Part shown: positions 1-11,338 of the stretch, piece after piece
Layout of the letters: each line of letters opens with the position of its first letter
Position numbering within the stretch: the stretch's first letter is position 1
DNA from: Bdellovibrionota bacterium
GTDB taxonomy: Bacteria; Bdellovibrionota_C; UBA2361; CALJRW01
NCBI GenBank assembly: GCA_041740355.1
Contig: JBGSMD010000010.1
Span: 1 to 42,629, forward strand
DNA: 42,629 bases
Reading direction: 5' to 3'
Program-made: the position numbers and the translations under genes
The notes under the pieces: model-generated
Seen by the model: only the letters and a program-made list of their open reading frames with translations
Database searches by the model: none
What the model was told of the DNA's origin: nothing

Positions 1-138
1 TTAGTAAATTAAAAAGAGTCATTACGGCTAATGCAAATCTTGGATTTATCCAAGTTTGCATAGCTAAAAACAACATAAATAGTGAGTCCAAGCAAAATCG
101 TTAGTTTTTAAAGTAATTAATTTTTTGGACTCACTATA
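1..138. mobile_element. MITE-like dispersed repeat, copy 1 (left end truncated by the window edge), 'empty' hairpin allele
   Basis: Aligns with 9766-9903 and 11358-11524. Contains hairpin TGCAAATCTTGGAT-TT-ATCCAAGTTTGCA (32-60) and a perfect 13-bp inverted repeat ATAGTGAGTCCAA (79-91) / TTGGACTCACTAT (125-137). The reverse complement of 113-138 matches the IS end at 42359-42384 at 23/26 positions. Confidence 0.75.
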
Positions 139-208
139 TAAGCTCTAGAAGTAGCATTACTTAAATGTATAAAATTCATTTAAGTACTTGTTTGATCTGG
201 TTCTTTTA

Positions 209-454
209 TGTGGAAAACTTGTGGAAAGCCTGTATAATAACTGCAGTGTACTTTAATACTTCCAGAGACATCTTTTACTTTTTTACCAATAACTAATAAT
301 TTTGTGGAAAAGTAGTTTTTTGTTTACTAGTTGTAAACAAGATTTATTATAAATTAATAAGCTAATTCCTAACGTTAGGTAGTTTTTCAACTAAAACCCT
401 AGTGCTTATTATTATTATTATTTTTATATATAAATATATTATAAGAAATTAAAT
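209..454. promoter_or_regulatory. oriC: Probable replication origin (oriC): DnaA boxes, DnaA-trios and AT-rich unwinding element upstream of dnaN
   Basis: TGTGGAAAA at 209-217 and 303-311 (reverse complement TTTTCCACA fits TTWTNCACA) and TGTGGAAAG at 220-228. Then a degenerate box, GTGC, (TAT)x5 at 407-421 and an almost pure A/T tract up to the dnaN ATG. This is the same layout as the Bacillus subtilis unwinding region before dnaN. Confidence 0.75.
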
Positions 455-1561
455 ATGAAATTAAAAATAGATTCTAAAGAACTTCAATCGATTCTTTCAG
501 GTTGTGCTAATATCGTAGATCGCAAAGCAACCATGCCGATACTTGCAAACATTCTCATTACTGCAAAAGCAAATCAGTTAACCTTATCAGCTACTGATTT
601 AGAGGTAACTGCCATGGTATCGGGAGATGCCCAAATACAGGAACAAGGTTCAATTACTGTAAACGCAAAAATATTGAGTGATATTATTCGAGAGTTACCA
701 GAAGGAAATGTTTCTTTAGAATTAAAAGAAGGTAGTCGTTTAGAAATCATAGCAGGTGGTTCTAAGATGAAAATTGTTGGTTTTAGTGCTGATGAATATC
801 CAACCCTTCCAGGGATGGGGATTAATGCTAGCAATAAAGTAAGCGCTACTAAATTCTTAGATATGATCAATAAAACTCTTTATGCTGTCTCTGACGACGA
901 GACGAGCTTTAATTTAACGGGCGTATTCCTATGCTCAGTTGATAAACAATTAAGAATGGTAGCAACAGATGGGCATCGAATTGCTGTTGTTAACAGAGAC
1001 GTAGAGGGGCTTAAATTAGGGGAAGGGGTAATCATTCCAAAAAAAGGTTTATCGGAAATAAAAAAATACTTAAATGATTTAGCTGATGCCGAAGTTGGAC
1101 TAGCTATTAAAGATGGATTTTTAATTCTTAATACCAATAATGCAAAATTTTCGGTTCGTTTAATTGATGCTGATTATCCAGATTACCAACAAGTGGTTCC
1201 TAAGTCTGCCGAATCAGAAGCAACTGTTCATTGTCAGGAATTAAGTCGGGCACTTCGTCGTGTATCATTACTTTCCGTTGATCGCATGAAAGGAGTTAAA
1301 CTCAAATTTACTAAAAATAAATTAGAAATAAAAAGCTCTTCACCAGAATTAGGGGAAGCATTTGAGGAACTTACAATTGTTTACAGTGGAGATCCGGTAG
1401 AAGTTGGTTTTAATGCTAACTACATACAGGATATTATTACTTCACTTAGTGATTACGAGAACTTAAATGTTTATCTGAATGGTTCATTGGGACCTGGGAA
1501 ATTTATGGCTGATTCTGATCCTGATTGTTATTCAGTAGTTATGCCAATGCGCATAGCTTAA
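455..1561 (+). CDS. dnaN: DNA polymerase III beta subunit (sliding clamp)
   Basis: 368 aa with motifs TMPILANILI, ATDLEV, VATDGHR, YPDYQQVVP, GFNANY and C-terminal VVMPMR. Precedes recF-gyrB. Confidence 0.98.
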   Translation: MKLKIDSKELQSILSGCANIVDRKATMPILANILITAKANQLTLSATDLEVTAMVSGDAQIQEQGSITVNAKILSDIIRELPEGNVSLELKEGSRLEIIAGGSKMKIVGFSADEYPTLPGMGINASNKVSATKFLDMINKTLYAVSDDETSFNLTGVFLCSVDKQLRMVATDGHRIAVVNRDVEGLKLGEGVIIPKKGLSEIKKYLNDLADAEVGLAIKDGFLILNTNNAKFSVRLIDADYPDYQQVVPKSAESEATVHCQELSRALRRVSLLSVDRMKGVKLKFTKNKLEIKSSSPELGEAFEELTIVYSGDPVEVGFNANYIQDIITSLSDYENLNVYLNGSLGPGKFMADSDPDCYSVVMPMRIA

Positions 1562-1567
1562 GCGAGA

Positions 1568-2665
1568 ATGATTGTAGAAAAATTATTTTTAGCTGGATTT
1601 AGAAATCTTACTGAACAGGAAATTAATTTTAGTACGGAAGTAAATCTATTAATTGGAAATAATGCGCAAGGTAAGACTAGTTTATTGGAAGCACTTTATT
1701 TTCTGGCTAATTGCAAATCCTTTAGAACTTCACGCAATAAAGATCTAATTGCTTGGGATGCACCTGGGGCATTCTTAAAAGTTGTTCTACAAGATCGCTT
1801 AACACAACAAGAAATTGAAATTAATCTTACGGGAAGTAGTAGGAAGATTTTAGTTAATGAAAAGAAAATAACTAGCCTAGTCGACTACTTAGGAGTCTTG
1901 AGAGTAATTTGCTTTGCGCCGGAGAACCTTTCTTTAGTGAAGGGCAGTCCGGCTCTGCGCCGAGAATTTCTAGACCGGCATATGGTTGATGTTAATCCTA
2001 GATTTTTAAATTATTTAGTTAAGTATAATAAAGCACTCAAAAATAAAAATAGCCTACTCAAGAACCGTGGGGCAAATCGAGTCAACATCGAAGCTTGGAA
2101 TCAGATTTTAGCTGAATTAGCAGAGGACATAATTCTACAAAGAATAAAGTTTATTCATAAAATCGATTTAGAAGCTCAGGCTATTCACAATGAGTATGGT
2201 GCAAAGGACGGCTTGTTAACTTTAAATTATCAATCGGAATGTGCCGAGCTACCAGATTTTTGCAAAGCAACAATTTTTCAATATCTTAATGATAACTTTG
2301 AAAAAGAAGTAATTTTAAAAAAGAGTTTACTGGGCCCCCACTTAGATGATTTAGAAATCAAACTTAATAATCAACCTGCAAGAAGCTTTGCTTCCCAAGG
2401 CCAGACTCGTTCGATTGCCCTTTCCCTTAAGTTTGCTGTAGTAAAAATGATTGAAGAGGAACATCAAGAGACTCCAATCATTTTACTAGATGATTTGGAC
2501 TCTGAATTAGATCGGGAAAGACTAGCGCTTTTATATGATTTCTTACTTAGTAAAAAGCGTCAAATTTTTATTTCGGGAACTTCCCTACCAGAGAGCATCT
2601 CGCAGCTTGGAAAAAACTTTACCCACTTTGAAATCTCAGAGGGAAAAGCAAAAATATTAGCTTAA
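1568..2665 (+). CDS. recF: DNA replication/repair protein RecF
   Basis: FRNL, Walker A GNNAQGKT, KSFRT, GSPALRREFLD, GPHLDD, ASQGQ, PIILLDDLDSELD. Confidence 0.97.
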   Translation: MIVEKLFLAGFRNLTEQEINFSTEVNLLIGNNAQGKTSLLEALYFLANCKSFRTSRNKDLIAWDAPGAFLKVVLQDRLTQQEIEINLTGSSRKILVNEKKITSLVDYLGVLRVICFAPENLSLVKGSPALRREFLDRHMVDVNPRFLNYLVKYNKALKNKNSLLKNRGANRVNIEAWNQILAELAEDIILQRIKFIHKIDLEAQAIHNEYGAKDGLLTLNYQSECAELPDFCKATIFQYLNDNFEKEVILKKSLLGPHLDDLEIKLNNQPARSFASQGQTRSIALSLKFAVVKMIEEEHQETPIILLDDLDSELDRERLALLYDFLLSKKRQIFISGTSLPESISQLGKNFTHFEISEGKAKILA

Positions 2666-2749
2666 ATCTTGCTAATATTTGAAGTTAAATTAGACACTTT
2701 TTTAGCAGCTAATACCGACCGTTTTAGGCAATAAAAACAACTAATTTAA

Positions 2750-2778
2750 TTGCTTATTTTACCTTCCAATAATATACT
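2750..2778 (+). promoter_or_regulatory. Sigma70-like promoter for gyrB
   Basis: TTGCTT (2750-2755), 17-nt spacer, TATACT (2773-2778) in the recF-gyrB intergenic region. Confidence 0.5.
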
Positions 2779-2870
2779 GTTGATTCACTATAAATTAAGT
2801 AACAAAGACAAAATTAAAAATTTTGCAAAATAATTATTAGGTAAATAAAACAAAGATTATTTTTATTTGA

Positions 2871-5333
<2,463 letters not shown>

Positions 5334-5336
<3 letters not shown>

Positions 5337-5372
5337 TATTTTTTAGAATACGAAGTATTCTAAAAAATATTA
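5334..5372. repeat. Perfect 18-bp inverted repeat with GAA loop starting at the gyrB stop codon
   Basis: TAATATTTTTTAGAATAC-GAA-GTATTCTAAAAAATATTA. Confidence 0.9.
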
Positions 5373-5535
5373 CCTCGGCGTAGCACGCAGTGCGAAGACG
5401 GGTTGTTTGCATTGTCCAAATCTCAGAACGCGCCATCGCCTCTCGGAGCAAGTCTTGAGGTACGAAGTATTTCAATGAAATATTATCCGGCGTAGCACGC
5501 AGTGCGAAGACGGGTTGTTAGCATTTTCCAAATCT
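5349..5535. repeat. Two ~75-nt direct repeats (5349-5423, 5461-5535), each holding a REP-like hairpin
   Basis: Shared core CGGCGTAGCACGCAGTGCGAAGACGGGTTGTT with conserved flanks TACGAAGTATT and TCCAAATCT. Confidence 0.9.
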
Positions 5536-5643
5536 GATATCACATTCAGAATAATCCTACTGTGATAAATAGCCTGTAATATTAGCTTTTTACATTAGGG
5601 AAAAGTCTTTTAATAACATCTGAAAGTGGCAGCCTCCTAAAGT

Positions 5644-5673
5644 TTGACTTAGAGCACTAAAATTAGCTATATT
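5644..5673 (+). promoter_or_regulatory. Sigma70-like promoter for the small basic ORF
   Basis: TTGACT (5644-5649), 18-nt spacer, TATATT (5668-5673), about 30 nt before the ATG at 5705. Confidence 0.5.
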
Positions 5674-5704
5674 AACCATCTTAATTTGATATCAAAATAC
5701 AGAC

Positions 5705-5833
5705 ATGGCCTCTAATTCAAAAATCGTTAAAAACATCAGAAGAGCACGAGACGAGAAAAAACTTAAAAATCGTCGTAAAGAAACAGTTAAAAAGCATGAG
5801 AAAGATCTTCGTGCTGGTAAAACTATCCTTTAG
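5705..5833 (+). CDS. Small, highly basic 42-aa protein (not in the ORF track)
   Basis: Manual translation gives MASNSKIVKNIRRARDEKKLKNRRKETVKKHEKDLRAGKTIL*, with 16/42 Lys+Arg. It has an upstream promoter and sits in an otherwise empty intergenic space. Confidence 0.7.
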   Translation: MASNSKIVKNIRRARDEKKLKNRRKETVKKHEKDLRAGKTIL

Positions 5834-5927
5834 TCCTCACCTAGTTAGTAAAAGTCCCCCGAATTTACTTCGTAATTGATCCCTTAATAGGATTTTAATT
5901 TTTTTGCGAAATAAAAGCTTACTGATA

Positions 5928-7310
5928 CTAATCTTTTTGGTAATTCTCTTTTATTCTTAATTCGGCACGAGTTAAGCCTAGTGCATTATCAGGAATATTC
6001 TTAGTAATTACAGATCCCGCTCCAATCAGGGCATTAGTACCAATTTCTACAGGTGCTACAAGCGAACTATTACTTCCAATAAAAGCACCCGCACCGATCT
6101 TTGTTTGGAATTTATTTTTACCATCGTAGTTGCAGGTAATTGTTCCCGCACCAATGTTGGCATTTTCTCCAACATCACAATCACCTAAATAAGTTAAGTG
6201 GGAAGCTTTTGCTCCCTGAGCTAAGGTCGCTTTTTTTATTTCCACAAAATTTCCAACTTTGGCTTTTGATCCAATTTTACTTTCTGGGCGGATATTAGCA
6301 AATGGACCAATCTCACACTCATCGGCAATCTCCGCATTTTCCAAGCGACAAGAAATTTTAATTAAATTATTTTTTCCGATCTGGCAGTTTTTAATCCAAG
6401 AGTTTCCTTCGATTTTGGTTCCTGTACCAATAATTGTTTTTCCATATATCTGGCAGTTGGGGCCGACTTCAGCGCCAACTGCTATTGTTACTTCCGAGTC
6501 GATAAAGGAGCTTTCGGGAAGAATAAAATTAACGCCAGAGATAATTAAATCTTTAATTTTTCTTTGTCTTAAAACATGGTTGATTTGTTTTAGATCAAAA
6601 AGGTCATTTACACCTTGGCACTCCAAGGCATTATCAATCATTAAACAATCGACGTTTTGACCCTCTTTGGTCGCACGTTCAAAAATATCAGTTAAGTAAT
6701 ATTCTTTTTGTGTATTGTTATTATCAAGTTCAGCAAGTGCCGGAGTTAAAAAAGCGGAATCAACGAGATAAACCCCAGTATTTGTTTCTTTTGTTGCTCT
6801 TTGTAATGCGGTGCAGTCTTTATATTCGACAATCTTTAAAGGCTTGCCTACTTCATCTCGAATAATTCTTCCGTAGTTATTATGATTATTATTTAAGCTC
6901 AGTAAACTAAGCGTATTACGATTCTCTAAATGAAAGGAAATAAACTGTTGAAACGTTTCCGTCGTGATTAATGGCATATCGCCATAGGCAATTAACACCT
7001 GTCCCTTGAAGTCAGCAAGTTGAGGAAGTGCCATTTTTACAGCATGCCCAGTTCCCAATTGTTCTTTTTGTTCGGCAAACTCTAAACAAGAGAAGGAGTA
7101 CTTGTTGCGATTTTCGGTAACTGCTGATTCCACCAATTCTTTCTTAAAGCCCGTAACTACTAAACATTTTTCAGCTTTAAGTGGTGATAGTGCTGATAAA
7201 ACATGATCAATTAAAGTAGTTTGATAAGTATGACTGAGGACCTTTGGTAGGTCTTGTTTCATTCTAGTTCCCTTGCCGGCAGCTAATACAATAATTGCAA
7301 TATTTTCCAT
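5928..7310 (-). CDS. glmU: Bifunctional UDP-GlcNAc pyrophosphorylase / glucosamine-1-phosphate acetyltransferase
   Basis: LAAGKGTRMK, EQLGTGHAV, YGRIIR, EYYLTD, GVN, hexapeptide repeats, GNFVEIK, HLTYLGD, NIGAGTITCNYDG. Confidence 0.98.
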   Translation of the reverse strand: MENIAIIVLAAGKGTRMKQDLPKVLSHTYQTTLIDHVLSALSPLKAEKCLVVTGFKKELVESAVTENRNKYSFSCLEFAEQKEQLGTGHAVKMALPQLADFKGQVLIAYGDMPLITTETFQQFISFHLENRNTLSLLSLNNNHNNYGRIIRDEVGKPLKIVEYKDCTALQRATKETNTGVYLVDSAFLTPALAELDNNNTQKEYYLTDIFERATKEGQNVDCLMIDNALECQGVNDLFDLKQINHVLRQRKIKDLIISGVNFILPESSFIDSEVTIAVGAEVGPNCQIYGKTIIGTGTKIEGNSWIKNCQIGKNNLIKISCRLENAEIADECEIGPFANIRPESKIGSKAKVGNFVEIKKATLAQGAKASHLTYLGDCDVGENANIGAGTITCNYDGKNKFQTKIGAGAFIGSNSSLVAPVEIGTNALIGAGSVITKNIPDNALGLTRAELRIKENYQKD

Positions 7311-7485
7311 AGATTTAAGGTTTAAAGTTCCATTAAGATATTGGCGATATGCTAGCTAGGTATTTAGATGCGCCTAAATACCTTATTCCTCAGCTCATTA
7401 CGTTTTGTTGGAATAATAGCCTACTTAGCAAGATTTAATGTCGCTGAGTAGATCATAACATCATATTTATATAATTCCGAATTTC

Positions 7486-8109
7486 ATGAGTCTTGTAAAG
7501 CATAAACTAAAATCTTCTGCACTAAAAACAGAGGCAAAAAAGGAGAAAGAAAGCTTAGAAAGAAGAAAACTTGGAAATCAGCCAGCAATTAAACATTTTG
7601 GAGAAAGCTTAGAAGCGCTAAAAGTGAAGTATGAGCAATATTTTTTAGGAATTGAAAAATTTACCCCGAGTGATGAACATACCAAATTTAAGCGTATGAT
7701 TCGACAGATGAAGCAACTGCTGCAAAAATCAGCGGAAGATAATTTTAGAATCAGTACCATCGAACAATCTTATCTAACTCTAAACAATCTTTGGGAAAAA
7801 AGCCTTCGTCAAAAAGAACAGGGAACTTACAAACGCGATCTTTTCCGAGCTAGGATGTCAGCAGAGTCAACACTAGCCAAGAGTCCAAAACTAAAGTCGG
7901 ATCATTTAGAATCTTCGCAGGTCGATAAAATTATTGATGATTTTAAATCAAAGTCAAATCTTGATCTCTGTCCGAATAATCAGGCGAAGATAAAGAGCAT
8001 TCTTCTATCGAAAATTAAAGAGCTAAAAAAGAAGGATCAGCAATCTGCTTTTACTATCGAAATAGCGATTCAAGATGGGAAATTAGGACTGCGCACTAAA
8101 TACAACTAA
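7486..8109 (+). CDS. Hypothetical protein, MXAN_5187 C-terminal-domain-like
   Basis: LKVKYEQYFLGIEKFTP, W..LRQKEQGTYKRD and C-terminal IAIQDGKLGL resemble that myxobacterial/deltaproteobacterial family. Recognised from memory. Confidence 0.6.
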   Translation: MSLVKHKLKSSALKTEAKKEKESLERRKLGNQPAIKHFGESLEALKVKYEQYFLGIEKFTPSDEHTKFKRMIRQMKQLLQKSAEDNFRISTIEQSYLTLNNLWEKSLRQKEQGTYKRDLFRARMSAESTLAKSPKLKSDHLESSQVDKIIDDFKSKSNLDLCPNNQAKIKSILLSKIKELKKKDQQSAFTIEIAIQDGKLGLRTKYN

Positions 8110-8278
8110 ATTTACAAAGGCAGTTTTGAAAACTAGTATTGTTTAGAAATTTCTTAAGCAAGAAATAATTTAATAGATATCTAATCATTATTAGATTGAA
8201 AGGGAAGTAGATTTTAACTTGAGTTTATAGGAATAAATTTAAGGGTCTAAATATATAACAATTGAGCAGTCAGAGCTT

Positions 8279-8458
8279 TTAATTTTTTACTGCTTTTCCA
8301 ACCTGATAAAACTTATTATTAACGTTTAATCCTAAAGTCCGAATACTAACCAAAGCAACAATAGCAATCAAAACTACAAGTATTCCATATTCCACAAGAG
8401 ATACACCTTTTGAAAAATTATTAATTTTCAATAATTTTAGCGGAGAACTTAACATCAT
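8279..8458 (-). CDS. flp: Flp family (type IVc/Tad) pilin (not in the ORF track)
   Basis: Manual translation gives MMLSSPLKLLKINNFSKG|VSLVEYGILVVLIAIVALVSIRTLGLNVNNKFYQVGKAVKN* (59 aa). It has the G|xxxxEY Flp motif, a hydrophobic helix and the conserved late Phe. Confidence 0.9.
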   Translation of the reverse strand: MMLSSPLKLLKINNFSKGVSLVEYGILVVLIAIVALVSIRTLGLNVNNKFYQVGKAVKN

Positions 8459-8694
8459 AACTTTTAAAATTTATAAAAACCGAGAGGATAAAAGGACTAA
8501 TTATATTAAAAATTTAAAAAAATAGGCTGGGGCAAATATTTAAGTAACAATATTAAGTATATCCTCTCATAGTTTTTCTTCGTATTCAAGCACTTCTTTT
8601 CCGAGCAAAATTAGCTAATAACAATTTTAAATTTTAGATTATTTTTGCTGGCAAAGTACTTTTAGGCAACATAAAAACATTATGCAGTTGCTAA

Positions 8695-9311
8695 TTAGAC
8701 TTTTAAGATTAAAACAATAAACTTTTCAGCACTTAAAATTTGAATTCTAAATTGATATTTACCAGGTTTTTCAACTTTAAAGTTCAGTGGTTTTACGTTG
8801 GGACCATTATTAATGGGAGTTATTTCTTCAAGTGAAATAATGTTGTAATCGTTACTGGCACCAAATGTATATAGTGGATCCTGACTCTCACTGACAAATC
8901 TAAAATTAAAAGTCTCAGCCTTTTTTAGATCAATAACTACTTCACTTAAAGTCTCAGTCCTTTTAATCATCTTGTTTTTTCCCGGCTTTCTCCACAATTT
9001 GTTATTAGATCCAAAAATTTCCAAAACTAATGGAACTTTCAGATTTTTTAATGGAGTATTGATAATTGTTTGAGCAGATGGATCATGATTAACAAAAAAA
9101 GTATCATAAAAAAGGCCAAGAAAAAGTATGGTTAAAAGAAACAAAGAAACAAAGAAACAACTTTGACAAGATCAAAATAATTTAATGTTTTTTTACTTTC
9201 TTCAATATATTTCTTGAGATTCTCTGCGTCCCTACGTTCTAGGATGTCAGAAATCGCTTCTGTTAAATCTCCAGTTCCACGTCTTTTAAAAGGTTTTGGC
9301 GCTAATGACAT
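8695..9311 (-). pseudogene. Single-pass membrane protein gene frameshifted at an 8-nt tandem repeat (fragments 9311-9132 and 9144-8695)
   Basis: The ATG at 9311 opens MSLAPKPFKRRG...DLVKVVSLFLCFF*. Removing one GTTTCTTT unit (plus strand AAAGAAAC x3, 9135-9158) fuses it in frame to the 8695-9144 ORF, giving 202 aa. Confidence 0.7.
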
Positions 9312-9425
9312 AAGAATATAGTATAAATAAAATTATCACTTTAAGATATAAATTAAAATCCGGAATAGTTAACGAAAGGCTTTGAAAATGCATTTCTGGT
9401 AATCTGACGCCTTCTTGCCTTCCGA

Positions 9426-9454
9426 CTTATCCGCCAAAGCTTTAGCGAAGGAGG
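9426..9454 (-). repeat. REP-like ~30-nt hairpin repeat
   Basis: Reverse complement is CCTCCTTCGCTAAAGCTTTGGCGGATAAG, matching the copies at 9781-9810 and 11602-11627. Confidence 0.8.
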
Positions 9455-9765
9455 AGTTAACACGAAGTTCACCTAATATATAATATAGCAAATCCAAGAA
9501 TGAATTTCCACAAAACTTTTTCGGAAAGGATGTTGGGTTCTCTATATTATTTCTAAACTAAACCAAAATAGCTGCTAATTAAAGAGAGTTTAAAAACTAA
9601 TTTTTGATAAGGAAATTAAATAACATTTATAATCGCGCCCCTTCTGCAAGTGTGAGGGAATGGAATTAAGGTTTAAATCCCTAAAAACTAGACAGAGAAA
9701 TTAAATAGGAATGTCATAGCCGTTTATCTGTAAGTACTCTTGGGATTTCTAAATTATATTGCCAT

Positions 9766-9903
9766 TGCAAATCTTGGATTCCCACCTTCGCTAAAGCTAC
9801 GGCGGGCAAGTATCCAAGTTTGCATAGCTAAAAACAACATAAATAGTGAGTCTAAGCAAAATCCTTGATTTTTTAAAGTAATATATTTTTTGGACTCACT
9901 ATA
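9766..9903. mobile_element. MITE-like dispersed repeat, copy 2, carrying a 30-nt REP-like insert (9781-9810)
   Basis: Near-identical to 32-138 except for CCCACCTTCGCTAAAGCTACGGCGGGCAAG inserted between GGATT and TATCC. Confidence 0.8.
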
Positions 9904-9907
9904 ATTA

Positions 9908-11047
9908 TTAAAGCGGTGCAGTTGTTTGTTCAGAGTTTTCAAATAGATAGCTCCATATACCAATGGTAAAAAATATTAATGGATAAATCGCACAACTTAC
10001 TTGGCTCATCAAATAATAGTGATTCAAAGTTAGGCAAAGTAATAAAGAAAGGATTAAAATGATTTGATGATGGGTAGATTTTAAAAAATAACAGATGGTA
10101 GGAAGTAGTAAAATTGAATCATAAGAAAATGAATAAGGGGTCGATAAAAGACTTAGAGGAATAATTATTAAAGTTATGAGTCGGAGATCCACTAAAAACT
10201 TAAGTAATGCTATCAAAATGATACCAGACACTATTAAGGGAAAAATAAATCTAGCGGCAAAATGATCAGGAAATATTAAGGCCATCAAATTGGGTTGTTT
10301 CCAATAAAATAAATATTCAAACTTTTCTTTTGAAAAGTAAGTATGAAAATTTGCTAGATCGTCACCCAAAACTATAATTGTAAAAACAATACAAATTGTA
10401 CTCAAGACTGCAAAAGTAATTTTATTTGCTCTAAAAATACTAGATAAAAACACGAGATATACTAAGTATAATGCTTGGGGCTTAATTAAGCTTAGTGATA
10501 AGAAGATACCAGCAGCGGGAATACGCCATTTGCCAAGCTTCTTTGATATTTCATTAGAATCAAAAAATAATAAAAACAAGCTTAAGCTTAATAATTGGAT
10601 TGAGGTTATTTGCCCAGAGCGAAATAAGTCTCTAAAGGGTGCAAAGATATATAATATTGTAAAAATAATAGGCAAAGTTAAAAATTTAATTTTTACAAAA
10701 TTGTACAGTTGAGCAAGTGTAGCAAAACAAGAGCTTAAGATTACGACAGTTACAATTTTGTAAGTAAAATTTAAAGCTTCTAAATCTAAACGAGCAAAAT
10801 ATTTAAAAATATAATGTGCCCAAATCGGATAGGTATTAAGAATCAATTTGCCAGATTCAAGAGCAGATTCACTAATCTTATAATTTTTACAATATTTAAA
10901 ATTATCTTCCAAATTACAAGCAGCTAACCAAAATAATTTCAAGTCTTGATCTGTTACTTTTTGACTAAAGCTTACAAGTATTGCTAAAGCTGAAAAGCTA
11001 ATTAGCCCAACTAGCAAGAAAAAATAAAAGATTTGAGACTTTTTCAT
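9908..11047 (-). CDS. Polytopic membrane glycosyltransferase, GT87/DUF2029-like (GT-C)
   Basis: Many hydrophobic segments with family-typical motifs NTYPIW, SGQI, LIKPQ and TPYSFSYD. Confidence 0.7.
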   Translation of the reverse strand: MKKSQIFYFFLLVGLISFSALAILVSFSQKVTDQDLKLFWLAACNLEDNFKYCKNYKISESALESGKLILNTYPIWAHYIFKYFARLDLEALNFTYKIVTVVILSSCFATLAQLYNFVKIKFLTLPIIFTILYIFAPFRDLFRSGQITSIQLLSLSLFLLFFDSNEISKKLGKWRIPAAGIFLSLSLIKPQALYLVYLVFLSSIFRANKITFAVLSTICIVFTIIVLGDDLANFHTYFSKEKFEYLFYWKQPNLMALIFPDHFAARFIFPLIVSGIILIALLKFLVDLRLITLIIIPLSLLSTPYSFSYDSILLLPTICYFLKSTHHQIILILSLLLCLTLNHYYLMSQVSCAIYPLIFFTIGIWSYLFENSEQTTAPL

Positions 11048-11338
11048 TTTATATTCCTCAAGAATAATATTTGTCAGTAGCTACTTAGTGCTTGAAAATT
11101 AATTTAATCAGCTTGTTAAGATATATCCTATATCGAATAAGGTCTGATGAAAATAATAACTAATTAGGAGAAAGAAATGTATATCCCACTAGATAAATTA
11201 GTGGTGGGCAGATCGAGTAGTTGCTAAGAATTTTAGGACAATTTTAAAAAAACTAAAACCATCTTATTTAGCGATCAAAGGAATAGCAAAGTTTTAACTT
11301 AGCAAATTTACTGAAAATCCAACTAAATTGAATGATCT

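Noticed and set aside
128-138. GACTCACTATA resembles the T7 promoter core (also near 9893 and 11514)
   Set aside because: The upstream TAATAC and downstream GGG are missing. It is part of the MITE/IS630 terminal repeat, not vector contamination or a phage promoter.
5349-5535. Possible mini-CRISPR (two repeats with a 37-nt gap)
   Set aside because: Only two units, 75 nt long and imperfect, with no cas genes. The core belongs to the dispersed REP-like family.
7358-7383. 10-bp inverted repeat AGGTATTTAG/CTAAATACCT between divergent glmU and the MXAN_5187-like gene
   Set aside because: Single copy with no U-tract or recognisable operator, so no function can be assigned.
9132-9311. Possible stop-codon readthrough or recoding joining the upstream ORF to 8695-9144
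   Set aside because: Careful frame counting shows the two parts are in different frames. The 8-nt repeat explains the break, and other genes use standard stops.
9754-9963. 69-aa minus-strand ORF in the track
   Set aside because: It runs through the MITE and REP insert and overlaps the GT87 gene end, so it is most likely spurious.
11177-11227. AGGAG-preceded 16-codon ORF (MYIPLDKLVVGRSSSC)
   Set aside because: Too short and featureless to support without homology or expression data.
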